Source: Chrysomallon squamiferum
Taxonomy: Eukaryota > Animalia > Mollusca
DNA: 64,000 nt
NCBI GenBank assembly: GCA_012295275.1
Contig: CM022665.1
Coordinates: forward strand, 28,892,001 to 28,956,000
Direction: 5' to 3'
Position numbers and translations under genes: made by a program. The notes under the pieces are model-generated. The model did not search any database, was not told the origin of the DNA, and was given only the letters and a program-made list of their open reading frames with translations. Shown here in pieces: positions 13,174 through 23,189 of the stretch; the stretch's first letter is position 1; each line of letters opens with the position of its first letter.

Positions 13174-13748
13174 CACTCGCATTAGCAATGATTTAATCAT
13201 TTTTTGTTTAAACTTTCAATGCAGACGGGTTCGTGAACTTCCAGACTGTGGCTCTCTATGATGAGCTGTACGGCTATGTTATGAGTGTCGTCGTATTCCT
13301 CGCCACCATCCAGTTCCTCAAACTGCTGCAGTTCAACCAGAAAATGAGCATGCTGGGCGACACGCTGAGAATCGCTACAAAAGATCTCAAAGTGTTTTCA
13401 GTCGCCTTCCTCATCTACTTCTTCTCCTTCTCCGCTCTGGCGTTCCTCCTGTTCGGACAGGCGATGCACACGTACAACAACTTCGTTGGAGCTTCAGAGT
13501 CCATGTTTGCTTTTGCGCTTGGAAGCTTTGATTTTGAAGCAATGACAGCATCTCAGCCGTTTCTCGGACCCCTTTTCTTCTTCGCCTTCATTGGCGTCAT
13601 CTATATTGGAATGATGAGCATCTTCCTCACGATCATTGGCGATGCGTTCAACCAGGTGAAGGAAGACGTCACTCTCAGGAAGAATGATTACGAAATCGTC
13701 GACTTCATGTGCAGACGAATCAAAGGCTTGTTGGGCATGCGACAGTAA
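680..13748 (+). CDS. Polycystin-1 family (PKD1-like/REJ/LOV-1 type) GPS-PLAT-11TM protein; 17 exons visible, 5' end unresolved
   Basis: Hand-spliced GT-AG exons: 680-1314, 1817-1985, 2900-3012, 3329-3473, 3937-4287, 4814-4932, 5456-5686, 6132-6302, 7279-7439, 7837-8543, 8923-9062, 9499-9637, 10212-10450, 10881-11058, 11469-11902, 12290-12548, 13225-13748. Phases are consistent and there are no internal stops (4715 nt plus 1 nt from an upstream exon). Motifs: GPS CRFWD..WSSEGCKVG..CLCTHLTSF; PLAT QTG..AGTDS..FARG..LRIWHDNSG..WYL..CDRWL; polycystin HLWISVF.RP.RSNFTRVQR, YKGGGY, WLDTRTRAVFLEFTIYNPNVNLF; pore LGSFDF. Orthology to a specific vertebrate paralogue cannot be set by eye. Confidence 0.93.
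1817..1985 (+). CDS. PKD1-like exon (extracellular/GAIN region)
   Basis: ttttacag|GAC GCG CAT (DAHVAKAG...) to AAT G|gtaatg; in frame with ORF 1742-2011. Confidence 0.8.
2900..3012 (+). CDS. PKD1-like exon (GAIN region)
   Basis: tttgtgcag|AT ACC GAA (DTESAEPKSQQMSLSVGSFNMPVDLL...STM) to ATG|gtgaga; phases fit both neighbours. Confidence 0.8.
3329..3473 (+). CDS. PKD1-like exon (GAIN region)
   Basis: tatttcag|TTT CTC GGG (FLGDSDNAYG...KPIEMWLE) to GAA C|gtacgt. Confidence 0.85.
3937..4287 (+). CDS. PKD1-like exon (GAIN region)
   Basis: ctttcag|GA AAC GCC (RNASVY...YDSRPNDTVYDF...GTYWVAIKLK) to AAA C|gtaaga. Confidence 0.88.
4460..4682 (-). mobile_element. Tc1/mariner-superfamily MITE (223-bp internal-deletion derivative)
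   Basis: Perfect 24-bp TIRs CAGGGTGGCCCAGATGTAACCGAA with TA on both flanks (4458-4459, 4683-4684). The minus strand reads ERCHHCITNNGLHFEHLL, like a transposase C-terminus. Confidence 0.9.
4814..4932 (+). CDS. PKD1-like exon, N-terminal half of GPS
   Basis: ttttcag|AG GGC; encodes SGCRFWDDENEKWSSEGCK; donor AAG|gtaatt. Confidence 0.92.
5456..5686 (+). CDS. PKD1-like exon, C-terminal half of GPS (HL|T) and TM1
   Basis: ttgacag|GTT GGT; VGPKTTKYRTQCLCTHLTSFGSDFVVPVNTIDF...VFSTVIVMLGLYIIGIIWARHMDKKD; donor AAG|gtaaca. Not in the ORF track. Confidence 0.93.
6132..6302 (+). CDS. PKD1-like exon, start of PLAT
   Basis: ttgtcag|TGG GGA; YQLSVQTGIRKNAGTDSKISFILSG; donor AAG|gtagat. Confidence 0.92.
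6375..6890 (+). mobile_element. Decayed Tc1/mariner-type DDD transposase fragment in a PKD1-like intron
   Basis: Broken frames give GIVGLFWFE, WFQQDGAT and LNPLDFFLWGYAKENLYRNMPDSIPEMK, with stops and frameshifts. No TIRs seen. Confidence 0.8.
7279..7439 (+). CDS. PKD1-like exon, PLAT
   Basis: tttgcag|CAT TTT; FARGSIYNF...LGDLTFLRIWHDNSG...WYLDQV; donor AA|gttagt. Confidence 0.92.
7837..8543 (+). CDS. PKD1-like exon, end of PLAT, TM2-3 and basic cytoplasmic loop
   Basis: tttcag|A TCA TTT; CDRWLAVE..HLWISVF..FTRVQR..LPHWCIYIGW; donor T|gtaagt. Confidence 0.92.
8923..9062 (+). CDS. PKD1-like exon, TM4-5
   Basis: ttttacag|TA TGT; FFTILYSMEWGTKKSNEWLVAFILSFFQSVIVVQPIK; donor AAG|gtaacg. Confidence 0.92.
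9499..9637 (+). CDS. PKD1-like exon, end of TM5 and acidic loop
   Basis: tttttaaag|GTG TTG; VLAIVAFISCIMKKPELDEEE...; donor G|gtatta. Confidence 0.88.
9693..10074. mobile_element. Fold-back (near fully palindromic) MITE-like element
   Basis: Left arm TTAACTACTGAAAC..TCTAACCAGTAC..AAAACGATTTCTT..GGATTTGTC is the imperfect reverse complement of the right arm; both ends are TTAA. Confidence 0.8.
10212..10450 (+). CDS. PKD1-like exon, TM6
   Basis: tttctag|CA ATC; YQPPNTAELELARKLR...LKEIITFIFFVMVIFFLSY; donor TCG|gtgagt. Confidence 0.92.
10881..11058 (+). CDS. PKD1-like exon, TOP (polycystin) domain
   Basis: cttaacag|ATT GAA; YWKWLETKYLPALY...ARLRQMRVK; donor G|gtacgt. Confidence 0.92.
11469..11902 (+). 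CDS. PKD1-like exon, TOP domain
   Basis: caacag|AT ACA TGC; YKGGGY..WLDTRTRAVFLEFTIYNPNVNLF; donor AAG|gtgaaa. Confidence 0.93.
12290..12548 (+). CDS. PKD1-like exon, channel TM segments
   Basis: gttatag|GTA TTC; EVVYACFTLYFF...KYFKDFWYIIE; donor G|gtacgt. Confidence 0.92.
12703..13090 (+). repeat. ~390-bp AT-rich segment in the last PKD1-like intron, repeated at ~15415-15818 and ~22150-22552
   Basis: Colinear shared blocks such as ATAGTGATA, AACGATTA.GCTGAAAATA, CCTGAATTTTATAACTGTAC, TTTTGAAACATCTTTAATTTTTAAGAAT and CAGATTTATTTCGCAC. Confidence 0.85.
13225..13748 (+). CDS. PKD1-like last exon: S4-S6, pore and short tail
   Basis: aatgcag|AC GGG; LKLLQFNQKM..LGSFDF..LGPLFFF..FLTIIGDAF..YEIVDFM; TAA at 13746-13748; AATAAA at 13982. 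Confidence 0.93.
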
Positions 13749-16183
13749 CCCGACAAAAAGAATACAGTTTGAAACAATAACAGTGAAAACAAACAAACAA
13801 ACAAACCCTTGTACAGTACGAATTATTAACAACATTTATATACAACCAGTAAATTAGATAAAGCAAAAAAATAGATATAACTTTAATATATCAGATTAGT
13901 AATTGTTTTACAATAGGCTTTAAAAAAAAAGTTTAAACGATAACTCTACAAAATATAATAATAATATATTATTATTATTATAATAAAATAACAGAAATAA
14001 TGCAGAATGTTCTCGTCTATTAAATGTATATTTCTGAACTGTTAGAAACGAAGTTTTCAACAGATATGCCAATATATTATTTTTGTTTGTTTCAAATGTG
14101 AATGTCCCACTTCATACAACAAATTACACAGAACATGATCCCTTTGGTGTGATAAAGGATCAGTATTTGTAGATTATATATATTATATGTGAATCACGCT
14201 TTGTGCCTGACGACTTGACGCATATGTCAAGTGATAATTGTATTGTGCACTATGCAAAGTTTTCAGTGTTGTAAAAAAAAAAAAAAATTGTTTTACTTCT
14301 GGTATTGCATATAATTTGTCAGTGTAGCAGTACTATGTCAGTATGAGATTTACAATAGCACAGTAATATGGAAGCAGCGATATCAGTTTGCCAGTCAAAA
14401 CGTATTTCGCAATACTACGATTGTTCGTTATAATTAAACATAATTTAAGTTCATTTTTAATCTCGGTGATACGGTGTAGAAACCAAACCTGATATATATA
14501 TATATATATATTTTTATTATTATTTTAATAGGCCATCTCTTTCTAATTAATTGTTTTTTTTTCGCAAAGGTCATTCAAATTCTGTGCTCAAATTCAGAAC
14601 TTAGTCTAATTATACCAGAAATCCTGTAATTATAATGTACAATATGGAAACATTTGACGTTTCTTTTTATATCAAAACTGTTTTTACAACGGATTATTTT
14701 AAGTATCAAATTTTGAAACGTACTAACCATATAAATTTCACATATTTTCGGCCCAGATTATTTTCGAAATTGCCGAGGTAAGAGCTAATCAAACCGCCTT
14801 AGACCATTTAACGTTTGTAACGATGAAAACTTCTATAAAATTGTTACTAAAGTTTCTAACGTAGACTGGTGATATGCAATGCTAGAAGTGAAATTAAATA
14901 AATGTAATGCCTTGTCAGCTTCCGTCCATAAGTACGAAAGGTTTTAATCACGTTTCTTTTGTCAGTGTGTTACACTTGTTAAACTCATAGCGTTTCTGTA
15001 ACTACGTAAGTTTTACGTGCAAAGAAACATTAAAAATAAATTAAATTAAATAAAGTGTTAAATAATAAAGAAATTAAATTAAAAATTAAAAATAAATTAA
15101 ATAGAAATCAGAAATTAAAAAGATAAAAATTGTAAAATTGAGTTTTTCCTTTGCGTGAGCAGGAAAAGACATACTGACTGCATTTTACAAATTCATGTTT
15201 GTTTTACTTAATAGAATAAATATACAGGTAAATAATAATAAATAAATAAATAACGAAATATTTTGGAACTGCTCAAGTAAATAAAATAACGATTCCTTCG
15301 CTACTTTAGAAGAAAAAAACAAAAAAAAAACTATTAACTATTATTTTATTTATATACGTTCGAGCAACAACTAGATATTATTTTTTTTTTTTAAATACAT
15401 TCATTTATTTATATTTAAAAATGTTACATCAAAATATAGTGATACGTAAAAACGATTAAGCTGAAAATAATAGTTATATTAATTATTTAAAAATTTATAT
15501 TTTAAGACGTAGGCAGTCTGTTAATATTCTACGATGTTACGAAAAATCTTATATATTATATATATACACATTATATGTAGTTATAGCCTGAATTTTATAA
15601 CTGTACAAATAAAAATATCCTCGGTATAAATTAAATTTTTGATTCCAATCGTGAATATTACCTTAATATTTCTGATTGTTTTTGAAACATCTTTAATTTT
15701 TAAGAATATCTTTCAAGTTTTAAGTTTATTCTTAGTCTATTTTTTTATTTTTTTAAATAATCGTTTAAAAGCGAATTCTACTATAAATCAGATCTCAGAT
15801 TTATTTCGCACGTTTCTATTATATATATATATATCCACACACAGAGACACGCGCGCGCGCACACACAAACACACACACACACTCACTCGCACACACATGC
15901 TTATTAATAATACTAGTTATTTGGTTTAACAAATACGTCTGTGTTACTGTTTTCGGTATGAAGAGTTTGTGATTAATCTGCACTGTGATAAAACATTCAG
16001 CTCAATACAGATGTTTATTACGTGTTTATTACATGTTTGTTACAGCGTGTTTAGTTAACACAATAAATTCTCCTTAAAGCACAAAGGTCGTTGAATTTGT
16101 GTTTATTCCAGAATGACAATCATAAAAAAAAAAAAAAAAAAAAAAACTTAAAACATAAGTGAAAAAAATATAAATATATATAA

Positions 16184-16238
<55 letters not shown>

Positions 16239-16289
16239 GTAATCAAGGAGATTTTTCATTGCTCCTATTTACGTTTGGAAGTTAATGAG

Positions 16290-16380
16290 CTAACGTCACA
16301 ATTAATGACGTAACACAATTATATTTATATAACGTTTCCCGGTTGTCTTTAAGACTGGTAGCTATTGGCAGCCGCAGTAA
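16290..16380 (+). promoter_or_regulatory. Candidate promoter and non-coding first exon of SLBP copy 1
   Basis: TGACGTAA (16306), TATTTATA (16322) and TTTCCCGG (16335), followed by GTAAGT donors at 16377/16381. Identical block in unit 2. Inference only. Confidence 0.4.
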
Positions 16381-16486
16381 GTAAGTAAATATAATATTAC
16401 AACATATTCTGTGGGGTTTTATTCTTTTCTTTTCTAATTTTGTTTTCTTTTTTTTCCCGACACCTTAGCATACTGATACTCTAGAG

Positions 16487-16605
16487 CAGTCATGCACTAT
16501 CTGCGGCTTTCTGAGTGGCCCGCCTAATTGTTCCATTTACACTGTAAATTAATACCTGTGGCCCGCCTGAAGATGAGCCATGTCTAATGTCGTTGCCAAT
16601 GCCTG
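16487..16605. mobile_element. hAT (Charlie-like) MITE, 119 bp, only in unit 1
   Basis: 8-bp TSD CTCTAGAG (16479-16486, 16606-16613) fits the NTCTAGAN Charlie target. Termini CAG...GTTGCCAATGCCTG, two GTGGCCCGCC motifs. Single CTCTAGAG empty site at 23387-23394. Confidence 0.8.
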
Positions 16606-16981
16606 CTCTAGAGAAAACAACGTTGTTTTTTTTGGTTTTTCTTAAGCATTGTGTCCCATACAAAACATGCTTCAACCATCAGATTCGAAAGCTGCTTAAT
16701 TTCTCCATTCATTTTGTTAAAATGTAAATGAATATTGATGACAAAACAAAATAACAGTGGTCCGGGTTTGACGTAGTCAAACACTGGTAACTGAAAAAGA
16801 ATTAAAGTAGATTTTCGTGTTAATAGGTAAAATTAAAACTCAAAGGTTCTTCTTTTACAAAATAATAAAAACTTTACCATCATTCCATAATATTATCAAT
16901 GTTATTTCATAGTGTCAGATAATTCTTTGAGCTTTCCGGCACATTTTATTTAATAATTTTATTTCCACTGACATAAAAAAA

Positions 16982-17016
<35 letters not shown>

Positions 17017-17614
17017 AAACCTGAGAAACTAAATTTACAAATAATTATGGCGTAAAGGCTCAATGTGATTAATGATTGCCATCTCCATTGCTACCAGCTG
17101 CTGATACAACAACAACAACAACAACAACAACTACTACTACTACTACTAGTACTACTATAGCAATAACGAATAAAAATATGTTTATACTATCAATAAATTC
17201 CGCATAAAGGGGCATAATACAGTATAACCAATGTCGTTCACTCTAATTCGGAGTTGCTGCCCTTCAATTGTAGTTTTTAAATTGTTTATTTATTTTTCTT
17301 CGTTGCGGCGTTTCATCTGACATTTTAGAAATATGCGTCAAAGACAGGAAATATTTAACTTTTTGTTTGTTTGCTTCTTCGTTAGCAATTGTTTTGGGGT
17401 TTTTTCATTATCGTGTTATTATTAGCAATCTTTCGCAAGTAATAATAATACGCTGTGTAAGAAGTTAATGTAAAGAAAACAAAATACAGTTCCGACAGTC
17501 ATATAAATGTTACAAATAAATACTCAGACATGTAAATGGATAAATAAATAAATTCATGAAAACGTCTTTTTGAAAAAATTATTTTCTTTTTCTATTCTAT
17601 TTTTACTTTTCCAG

Positions 17615-17634
17615 ATCGATAGTTCTTCGTAAAC
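17615..17634 (+). other. Candidate 20-nt 5'UTR micro-exon of SLBP copy 1
   Basis: Long polypyrimidine tract plus ccag|ATCGATAGTTCTTCGTAAAC|gtaagt. Confidence 0.5.
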
Positions 17635-18050
17635 GTAAGTCATATATTAAACTGTGATAACAAAAACCACAAAAAACGTATTGATTGCTGTCAACATTTT
17701 ACGTCAGCAGAATATCGATGCAGTTTGACAGGGTTCATTTATATATATGTATATACTTGTTATAGAAAACCGTAATGTCTGTCTTTAATAATTAATACAA
17801 AAAGGAAAATGTTTTATTTAAACGTTAGAATTAGTTATTTTTATATCTGTTTCTTTCTTATTTATTTTAAAGTTTACAGATCAAAGTACAGATAAATTCT
17901 CTGATGCATAAATAACTTGCAGCGCTATATATATATATTTGAAATAGTCATAAAATTCAAAGCTATGATATAAGTATGTGCTATTTAACAATAAAATATT
18001 GTTGACACTCTATCAACACGTGAAACGAAGTAGTTTTAAATGGATTTTTT

Positions 18051-19430
18051 ATATCACTGTAATAGAGACATGTACAGAAAGTGGGGGTTCATATCACTGT
18101 ACTATAAACATGTACAGAAAGTGGGGGTTTATATCACTGTAATATAAACATGTACAGTAAGTGGGGGTTCATATCACTGTAATATAAACATGTACAGAAA
18201 GTGGGGGTTTATATCACTGTAATAGAAACATGTACAGAAAGTGGGGGTTCATATCACTGTAATATAAACATGTACAGTAAGTGGGGGTTTATATCACTGT
18301 AATAGAAACATGTACAGTAAGTGGGGGTTCATATCACTGTAATAGAAACATGTACAGTAAGTGGGGGTTTATATCACTGTAATAGAAACATGTACAGTAA
18401 GTGGGGGTTCATATCACTGTAATAGAAACATGTACAGTAAGTGGGGGTTCATATCACTGTAATATAAACATGTACAGTAAGTGGGGGTTAGAAACATATC
18501 ACTGTAATAGAAACATGTACAGTAAGTGGGGGTTCATATCACTGTAATAGAAACATGTACAGTAAGTGGGGGTTCATATCACTGTAATATAAACATGTAC
18601 AGTAAGTGGGGGTTTATATCACTGTAATATAAGCATGTACAGTAAGTGGGGGTTTATATCACTGTAATATAAACATGTACAGAAAGTGGGGGGTTCTAAC
18701 TGTAATAGAAACATGTACAGTAAGTGGGGGTTTATATCACTGTAATAGAAACATGTACAGAAAAGGGGGTTTATATCACTGTAATAGAAACATGTACAGT
18801 AAGTGGGGGTTCATATCACTGTAATAGAAACATGTACAGTAAGTGGGGGTTTATATCACTGTAATAGAAACATACAGAAAATATCACTGTAATAGAAACA
18901 TGTACAGAAAGTGGGGGTTCATATCACTGTAATAGAAACAAACATGTACAAAAAGGGGGTTCATATCACTGTAATAGAAACATGTACAGTAAATATCACT
19001 GTAATAGAAACATGTACAGTAAGTGGGGGTTCATATCACTGTAATAGAAACATGTACAGAAAGTGGGGGTTTATATCACTGTAATAGAAACATGTACAGA
19101 AAGTGGGGGTTCATATCACTGTAATAGAAACATGTACAGAAAGTGGGGGTTCATATCACTGTAATAGAAACATGTACAGAAAGTGGGGGTTCATATCACT
19201 GTAATAGAAACATGTACAGAAAGTGGGGGTTTATATCACTGTAATAGAAACATGTACAGTAAGTGGGGGTTCATATCACTGTAATATAAACATGTACAGT
19301 AAGTGGGGGTTTATATCACTGTAATAGAAACATGTACAGTAAGTGGGGGTTCATATCACTGTAATAGAAACATGTACAGAAAGTGGGGGTTTATATCACT
19401 GTAATAGAAACATGTACAGTAAGTGGGGGT
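18051..19430 (+). repeat. 40-bp minisatellite, ~35 copies
   Basis: Consensus ATATCACTGTAATA(G/T)AAACATGTACAG(T/A)AAGTGGGGGTT(C/T), head-to-tail with no spacers. Confidence 0.97.
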
Positions 19431-20055
19431 GATATATAATAAACAAAATCATCATCTGACACAACCAGTACGTAATTAAAAATAGTTAATAATGGGTGAT
19501 GTGGTATCTTAACATGTATAAAATATTTATGCTGCTAGATGTGGGTAATAAAAATACATTATGCATTACGATATATTGTGTTCAGGTCCATATAACACCT
19601 GTTGTATCAGTCACTACAGTCTGATTTCTTTTTATTTATTGATTTAGTATTTTATTCAGTACCCGTTTTGCTTATTATATTACAAAACTATTAATAAAAC
19701 TTAAAGTTAAAATTAAAATATAAATATTGCATATATATAAATTAATAAAATAGAATAAAATAAATTAAAAGTTCCAGTAAATTTTTAAAGATAAGAAGTA
19801 ATAATAAACAATACTAATAATGCTAATGGTGGTAGTAGTAGTTATAGTAATTATAATAATAATAGTAGCTGTAGTAGTAGTCGTAGTAGCAGTAGTAAAA
19901 GGGAAAACCTCTGTTGATCCGTTGAATGAAAGAGTACTTGGACACACAATTAATGATTAGAAAGTGATGTGTTTTAAACAAATAAAATGACTGATAAATG
20001 CACACTAAGAACTATAAACTATCGACATCAACGTTATATTAATTCACCAGATAAA

Positions 20056-20989
20056 ATGTATGCTGATTCTGATCAAGAAAAGTACAGTACGGCAGGACAC
20101 CTAAGTCCATCAGGAAGTCCAACCAGAGCTTGTGACAAAGACAGGGAGAAAAACTGTTGGAGAAAGGAATCAAATAGCAGTGAGGGAAATTTTAAGAAGC
20201 CATTAGAGCCAGCCATGTCCTCCTTGTTTGATGAAATGGAGTTTCCACCCCTTACATCATCACGCACGAGAACATCTAAACCACAACGACCTAAGTTTGA
20301 ACATTGTGAATCATGGGCAGACAGGGGAGAGAGAAACCATCAGGTTAGAGGAAGAAAGAAAACAGCTGAAAAGATATCGAAAGCAGCTTCAAATAAACCC
20401 AAGAATTATCAGGCCAGGACTGGAGATCGAAACAGATGAAAATGTACTCATGAGAAAACAGAAACAGCTGGACTATGGTAAAAATACTCTGGGTTATGAC
20501 CGCTATCTCAGACTTGTTCCAAAAAATAAGAGACAAAAAGATCAGCCCAGAACACCAGACAAGTACATAAAGACAAGTCGTCGGTCTTGGGATGCACAGA
20601 TAAGAAAATGGAGACGACAGCTTCATGACTGGGACCCACCAGAAGCACCCAACAGAAAACACAGTAACAGCACAGACGTATCAGCTTCATGCTCTTCACA
20701 AGGATCACTGGAGACTGCTTTAGAGAATGAACTTCACAGTGCAAGTGATTTTGCCTCAGACACCTGCTCTGAGAACTCAGCAACACGTTCCACATCTTCT
20801 GCCAGCTGCTCCTTATCTCCCATCCTCAGTGAAAACTTCGCTGTGCTGAGTACAAAAAACGAATGTGACAGTCATTTGGCCAGTGGCAGTTCCTACACGA
20901 AAATGTCATATAGTGCCGATGAGGATGTGGATGAATTCAACTTGGATGAGTGCCTGCAAGATGTTTGTGAAATGGATAACTGGGAATAG
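20056..20989 (+). pseudogene. SLBP: Histone stem-loop-binding protein, copy 1, frameshifted at ~20326 (or a sequencing error)
   Basis: Split between ORFs 19987-20439 and 20228-20989. GACAGG-G-GAGAGAG here versus GACAGG-AGT-GAGAGAG in copy 2 (net -2 nt). RNA-binding domain [47 protein letters not shown] is intact. AATAAA at 21161. Confidence 0.8.
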
Positions 20990-23189
20990 ATGTTACATGT
21001 CTAATATTTAATAATATTGTTTGTGTGTGTGTGTGTGTTGTTTGTTGATTGTACATTTGTTTATGCGTGTATATTTGTGAACTAAATACAGAAGAATTCC
21101 ACAGATTTGTTATTGTTGTATACTTTTCTTATTTTCAAAAATATTCTTCAGTGTAAATTGAATAAATATATTCTTGGTGCAAACCAGTTATTTGTAATCT
21201 GTGGCCTTTGAAAGAGAAATATTGTTAGAAATAATTTTATATTTAATTTACTTTAAAATTATTAGTGCATTTTTAGAGGAAAAAATGAATTAAAAACCCG
21301 TTACTGATCTAACGAAGATTATACTGATTTAAATAATGTAGTCTGACTGTCTTATATTTATTTAATAACAATTGTCTGTTAGTTTAATTTGTAAAAGAAA
21401 AATTTAGGAAGACTTTTTTTTAGTATAAATTAAAAATAAATGAAATAGAAATCAAAAATGAAAAAGATTAAAAAAAGAAATACCAACTTCATTTTACAAA
21501 TTGATGTTTGTTTTACTTACTAGATCAAATAAATAGGTAAATAATAAATAAATAAATAAGTAAATAACTGAAAAAATAAAAAAAATATTTTGTAACTGCT
21601 TGAGTAAATAAAATAACGATTCCTTCTCTAGTTTAGAAGAAATCTCTAGAAAAATAAAAATAATAATTAAACAAACAACACAAAAATGAAAATCTTCCCA
21701 TATTAAACAGATGCTGATGTTTTTTGTGTCCCTCTTTGTTTTGGGGTGGGGTTGTGGGGCGTTTTGTTGTTGTTTTTTAGTTAAAAATAGCAAACTGATT
21801 GTCACCTTACTATACAAATTATTATTAATTATTATTATTATTATTATTACGCCAAATAAATTCACATTTTCCAAAAGGCCAAATACAAATCTAATTCCGT
21901 TCTTGACAAGTCTTGGCTTCTTTGGCATCACGTAAATTTTTATTCACTAAAATATTTGTTTTTGTTTTGTACGCATTATACAGATAAGTGAATGTGTGGC
22001 GGGGAAAAAAACTGAAATGTTGAAAGAAATGGGAAGATAAAGTTTACACAGGGAAACGTTAACTGTTATTTTATTTATCTATGTTTGAGAAACAACTAGA
22101 TATTATAAATAAATAAATAAATAAATAAATAAATTCATTTATTTATTTTTAAAAATGTATCAAAAATAATATAGTGATAAGTAAAAACGATTAGGCTGAA
22201 AATAATAGTATAAATTATATTAATTATTTAAAAATTTATATTTTAAGATGTAGGCAGTCTGTTAATATTCTACGATGTTACAACTAATCTTAAACATTAT
22301 ACATAAATACATTATATGTAGTTATAGCCTGAATTTTATAACTGTACGAATAAAAATATCCTCAGAATAAATTAAATTTTTGATTCCAATCGTGAATATT
22401 ACCTTAATATTTCTGATTGTTTTTGAAACATCTTTAATTTTTAAGAATATCTTTCAAGTTCTAAGTTTATTCTTAGTCTATTTTTTTTTTAAATGATCTT
22501 TTAAAAGGCGAATTCTACTAATCAGATCTCAGATTTATTTCGCACATTTCTATTTTATCTGTCTATATCTATATATAGATATAGATATATGCATACATAT
22601 TAACAAATACGTCTGTGTTACTGTTTTCGGTATGAAGAGTTTGTGATTAATCTGCACTGAGATAAAACATTCAGCTCAATACAGATGTTTATTCCAGAAT
22701 GACAAACGTTTCAACAAACAAACAAAATAAAATAAAAATTAAAAATTAAAAAAATTAAAAATTAAAATTAAAAAAATAAAAAATATTAAAATGAATATAA
22801 AATAAAATAAAATAATATAAAATAAGAGTATATATATAAAAATATAAAATAATAATAATAATATATATAAAAAATAATAAAATAATAATAATAATAATAA
22901 TAATCACGGAGACTTTTCATTTATAATTTCAGCAGTAAAAGATATCTTCAGTTTTTATCTATGAAAGTATATGTCTGTGTGTATGTCTGTCTGTTTCTTT
23001 GTGTGTCCCCGTATATGTTTGTTTACAAACGTTTATATTGCGAATTTGTTGTATGCCTTATTGTACGGATAATTGCGCATATGTCTCTATCTGTGTGTAT
23101 GTATATGCGTTTTGTGGTTTTTTGTCTTAAGTCTGCTTGTGTGTGTGCGTGTGTGTGTGTGTGTGTGTTTACGTTTGGAAGTTAATGAG

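Larger units (their letters stand above)
15095..21347 (+). repeat. Tandem duplication unit 1 (carries frameshifted SLBP)
   Basis: Colinear with ~21435-27925 from AATAGAAATCA/CATTTTACAAATT to AAGATTATACTGATTTAAATAATGTAG; boundaries approximate. Confidence 0.88.

Noticed and set aside
657-13835. Minus-strand ORFs (817-1425, 8045-8365, 13494-13835, also 20345-20795 and 26678-27418)
   Set aside because: Antisense shadows of real exons with no independent similarity.
18051-19430. CRISPR-like array
   Set aside because: Units are head-to-tail with no unique spacers, the context is eukaryotic and there are no cas genes.
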